Below are positions 60,886 to 64,000 of a stretch of DNA of 64,000 nucleotides, in pieces. This DNA is from Vulcanimicrobiota bacterium (lineage in GTDB: Bacteria > Vulcanimicrobiota > Xenobia > Xenobiales > JADMJV01). The notes beneath the pieces were generated by a model. The model searched no databases. It saw only the letters and a list, made by a program, of their open reading frames with translations, and had not been told where the DNA came from. Every line of letters begins with the position of its first letter. Position 1 is the first letter of the stretch. The stretch lies in the NCBI GenBank assembly GCA_050250895.1, contig JBFWNU010000001.1, positions 2,820,891-2,884,890 on the forward strand, read 5' to 3'. A program made the translations under genes and the position numbers.

Positions 60886-63800
60886 ATGGGTCGAACCACA
60901 GCAGTGCAAGCGCCAAACTGCCCCTGTTGTCAGGGGCCGATGACGCTGCGCCAAGCGCGCAAAGGACGCGGCTACGGCGCCTATTTCTGGGGCTGCCTGC
61001 GCTTCCCCCACTGCCGCGGCACCCGCGACTACGACGAAGAGCCGCTGGAAGTCCCAGAGGCCCCACCCCCGAAGCCGAAGGCCCCCGCACCACCACCACC
61101 CGTCGATCCCATCGACATCCTGGTCGATGTCGGCATTCCTGTGGGTGCCATCATGGTCAATCCGAAAGACCCCGAAGCCGGGCCGGCACGCTTTCTGGGC
61201 TGTAACGAGAGCCAGATCGCCCGCTACCACCTCATCTGGCCCAACGAGCCCCGCCAGATGCGCCTCAAGAACAGCCCTTACCGCCGCCACGTCCTGTTCA
61301 TAGGCGCTCCCGTCGAGGTCGACCAGGAAGGCCAGGTGCTGACCGGGCGAGTGGTCGAGCGCGCCGAACACGACGAGGGCCAACTTTGGCGCTACGTCAT
61401 CGAGACCGAAGCAGGCGAACTGATTCTCGACGAGGCAAAGGTCACCCCGCAACGCGCCGAGACTCACAGCCCCATCGACCAACTCGAAGCCCTGTCCTGG
61501 CGGGGCGGTGGGCGCTTTGCCGCGCGCTGGTCGGTGCTCCAGACGCTGGCCTCGTGGTATGCCGATACCGACGGCATTCCCGCTCTGTTGGGCGGTCGCA
61601 TCCGCCCCATGGGTCACCAACTCTACGCCGCCCGAAGAATCCTCTGGGACCGGAGCCCGCGCTTCATCCTGGCCGACGAAGTGGGCCTGGGTAAGACCAT
61701 CGAGGCCGGCCTCGTGGCCCAGTCCCTGCTGGCCCAAGACCCGAGCCTGCGCGTGCTGGTGATTGCCCCGGGCTCGATGAGCCGTCAATGGTTCTGCGAG
61801 CTCTATCTTCGCTTTGGCGCCCGACCCTACGTCCATATCGATGCCGCCCGCATCCGCGAATCCTCTCACGCTGAGGTGCTCAAGCTGCTGCGCTCTGACC
61901 GTCTAGTGGTGTCGACCACGGCGTTAGAAGCCTATCCCTCGGTGCGAAAGCTTCTCGAGGCCCAAAAGTGGGGCCTGGTCATCGTCGACGAGGCCCATCA
62001 CTACGCCCCCCAGAGCGAGTTCTACCAGACCCTGCGCACCCTCTCGCAGCAGTCCTACGGGTTCCTGGCGCTCTCGGCCACCCCGTCCAAGCGTCAACTC
62101 GATAGCCTGCTGGGTTTGCTGGCGCTGGTGGCTCCCGAGGCCTACCAACCCGACCAACTCGAGGCCTTCAAAGACCGTTATGAACGCCAGGAAGAGATCT
62201 GGGACGTCTTGATGACCTCGAAGAATTACATCGAGAGCGTCATCAAGGCCGGGGCGTTCCTCGAGCAAGACGACCTCGACTTTCTCGTCGAAGAGTGGGA
62301 GGACAAGATCGAGGGTGACTACAACCTCGAGCGCTTCGTGGTGCGCATGCGCCAGGGCGAAAGCGAGGCGGCCGACCAGTTGGTCGCCTACGTTCAAGAG
62401 TTCCATCGCCTCGATCATCGACTCATCCGCACTCGCCGCTCGACCGTCGACCCCGAGCACTCCTGGTGGTCGCGGCGTGAGGTCGAAGTCGTGCGCTATC
62501 AGGCCTCGACCGACGAACTGGTGCTGGCCCGGCACTTCGACCAGATGCCGCGACCAGACGAACACGACGGGCCCGGCTACGCACTGGCTCTGACCCTGGG
62601 CCGGCTGGCCTGCACCACTCCCCAGCAACTGGCCGGGGCCCTGGGCCTTCGGGGGGCGAGCAAAGCCAATCCCGGCCGCACGCTAGAAGAGTTGGAATCT
62701 GACCCTGGCCCGGCCGATGAGGCCCATCTGCTCGCCAATATTCTCGAGAAGACACCGCCTCTGCCAGGAGAACGCCGGTGGCTTCAGGCTGCCCGCGAGC
62801 TGGCCGCCGCCTGGCTCGAGGCCGAGCCGGTTTGCGGTCGCTTTCGCGCCGCCTGCGATTGGATTCGCGACCATCTCCAGCAAGACTCCGGCCACAAGGT
62901 CCTGGTCTTCTCGCAAGAACAGTCCACCGTGGCGGCGTTTTACGAGTTGTTAGCTCAAGAACTCGGAGACAATGCGGTCGAACTCTTCCACTACCAACTG
63001 CCAGACGAACGGCTGGCCCAGGCGGCCTTGCGATTCCAGCGGCGCACTTCGTGTCGGGTGCTGGTTTCTGACGAGTTGGGCGGAGAAGGTCGCAACTTCC
63101 AGATGGCAAGCGCCGTGCTGCATCTCGACACACCCTATTCGGTCAGCCGACTCGAGCAGCGCATCGGCCGCCTCGACCGCGCCGGACGCCCCAGCCACAA
63201 ACCGGTGAAGAGCGTAGTCATGGAGGGCCCGCTGGCTCTCGAGCAAGCTCTCATTCACCTGCATCGCGAGGTGCTCGAGGTCTATACGCGCTCGGTCGGT
63301 GGTCTCGAGTTCGGCTTGCCGCGATTTCATCAGTCGATTCTTCGAGCGGCTGCGTTCGGGGCTGAAGTGTTGCAGGGTCTCGAAGAGCCCCTGCGAGAAG
63401 CCGTGCAAGAGGAGCGTCAGGTGGCCGACGACGCCTTCCGTCGTGCTCTTGACGCCACCGGGCCGCAACTTGAACGCGCCAACCAGTTGGCTTCGCTGCT
63501 CAGCGAAGAGCATCTCGACGAGAGCTACCAGAGCCTGGTGGGCTGGGCACGGCTCATGGAGATGAAAACCTCCTGCTCCGAGCCCGGGGTCTATGAATAC
63601 AGCTGGGACTGGGAGCATCTCAAACGCCCCACCAGCGCGCTTTCAGCCGATGGTCGAATTCCCAAGGCGGGCAAGCGCAGTTGCCAGGGCACCTACTCCC
63701 GCGAGACCGCTCTGGGCAACGAATCGCTGCAGTTTTTCGGGCCCGGTCATCAGCTCATCGACGCCATCCTGCACGATGTCAGGCATTGTGACGAGGGGCG

Positions 63801-64000
63801 GGCTACGGTGCTGGCTCGCAACCTTGGCCCCGACTATCAGGGTAAGATTTTGCTGGTGGTGCTAGGACGTTGCCAGGTCGAGCCGGCCGGGCTTCCTTCG
63901 GGGCTCTTGGCTCGCGCCCAGCGCCACCTCTGGCCCGAGCCCGTGGTGGAACTGTTCGTGCTCGACACCAACGAGCCGGCCGACAGTGCGCCTTTGGAGG
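60886..64000 (+). CDS. dpdE: DpdE-like SNF2/RapA-type helicase with N-terminal topoisomerase-type C4 zinc ribbon; 3' end outside window
   Basis: Not in ORF track (no stop). From ATG 60886 (GGAGG): CPCC...FWGCLRFPHC, HQLYAA, LADEVGLGKTIEAG, IVDEAH, LSATP, GGEGRNFQ, LEQRIGRLDR. The gene symbol is inferred from the dpd context. Confidence 0.8.
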   Translation, partial: MGRTTAVQAPNCPCCQGPMTLRQARKGRGYGAYFWGCLRFPHCRGTRDYDEEPLEVPEAPPPKPKAPAPPPPVDPIDILVDVGIPVGAIMVNPKDPEAGPARFLGCNESQIARYHLIWPNEPRQMRLKNSPYRRHVLFIGAPVEVDQEGQVLTGRVVERAEHDEGQLWRYVIETEAGELILDEAKVTPQRAETHSPIDQLEALSWRGGGRFAARWSVLQTLASWYADTDGIPALLGGRIRPMGHQLYAARRILWDRSPRFILADEVGLGKTIEAGLVAQSLLAQDPSLRVLVIAPGSMSRQWFCELYLRFGARPYVHIDAARIRESSHAEVLKLLRSDRLVVSTTALEAYPSVRKLLEAQKWGLVIVDEAHHYAPQSEFYQTLRTLSQQSYGFLALSATPSKRQLDSLLGLLALVAPEAYQPDQLEAFKDRYERQEEIWDVLMTSKNYIESVIKAGAFLEQDDLDFLVEEWEDKIEGDYNLERFVVRMRQGESEAADQLVAYVQEFHRLDHRLIRTRRSTVDPEHSWWSRREVEVVRYQASTDELVLARHFDQMPRPDEHDGPGYALALTLGRLACTTPQQLAGALGLRGASKANPGRTLEELESDPGPADEAHLLANILEKTPPLPGERRWLQAARELAAAWLEAEPVCGRFRAACDWIRDHLQQDSGHKVLVFSQEQSTVAAFYELLAQELGDNAVELFHYQLPDERLAQAALRFQRRTSCRVLVSDELGGEGRNFQMASAVLHLDTPYSVSRLEQRIGRLDRAGRPSHKPVKSVVMEGPLALEQALIHLHREVLEVYTRSVGGLEFGLPRFHQSILRAAAFGAEVLQGLEEPLREAVQEERQVADDAFRRALDATGPQLERANQLASLLSEEHLDESYQSLVGWARLMEMKTSCSEPGVYEYSWDWEHLKRPTSALSADGRIPKAGKRSCQGTYSRETALGNESLQFFGPGHQLIDAILHDVRHCDEGRATVLARNLGPDYQGKILLVVLGRCQVEPAGLPSGLLARAQRHLWPEPVVELFVLDTNEPADSAPLE

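Overview
A GC-rich bacterial window in three parts. (1) About 1-13.5 kb is mostly core-like: GTP-dependent PEP carboxykinase, a FIST sensor with a hybrid histidine kinase, DsrE and Imm33-like proteins, a Ser/Thr kinase-AAA-TPR protein, YaiI and a Phd/VapC toxin-antitoxin pair. It also holds a four-core marinostatin/microviridin-like (graspetide) precursor with no ligase nearby, bracketed by a 21-bp palindromic repeat that forms a 13-copy array in front of an HTH/nuclease-like gene. (2) About 13.5-45 kb looks less GC-rich by eye and reads as a conflict/defence island: DUF4062-like protein, S8 protease plus MBL hydrolase, several TIR proteins (two TIR-TM-propeller paralogues, TIR-methyltransferase, TIR plus SLOG), an HD protein, a double-lipase-CHAT protein, two paralogues of a domain I do not recognise, and a peptidoglycan-hydrolase/catalase-like cluster. 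(3) About 45-64 kb is a dpd 7-deazaguanine DNA-modification locus (queC-queE-queD-folE2-DpdC-like-dpdB-dpdA-dpdB) behind a near-consensus promoter. It is followed by a convergent DGQHR+HNH pair, two decayed IS elements, a TIR-FGE protein and a dpdE-like SNF2 helicase running off the window. All family calls come from motif recognition by eye; no searches were run.
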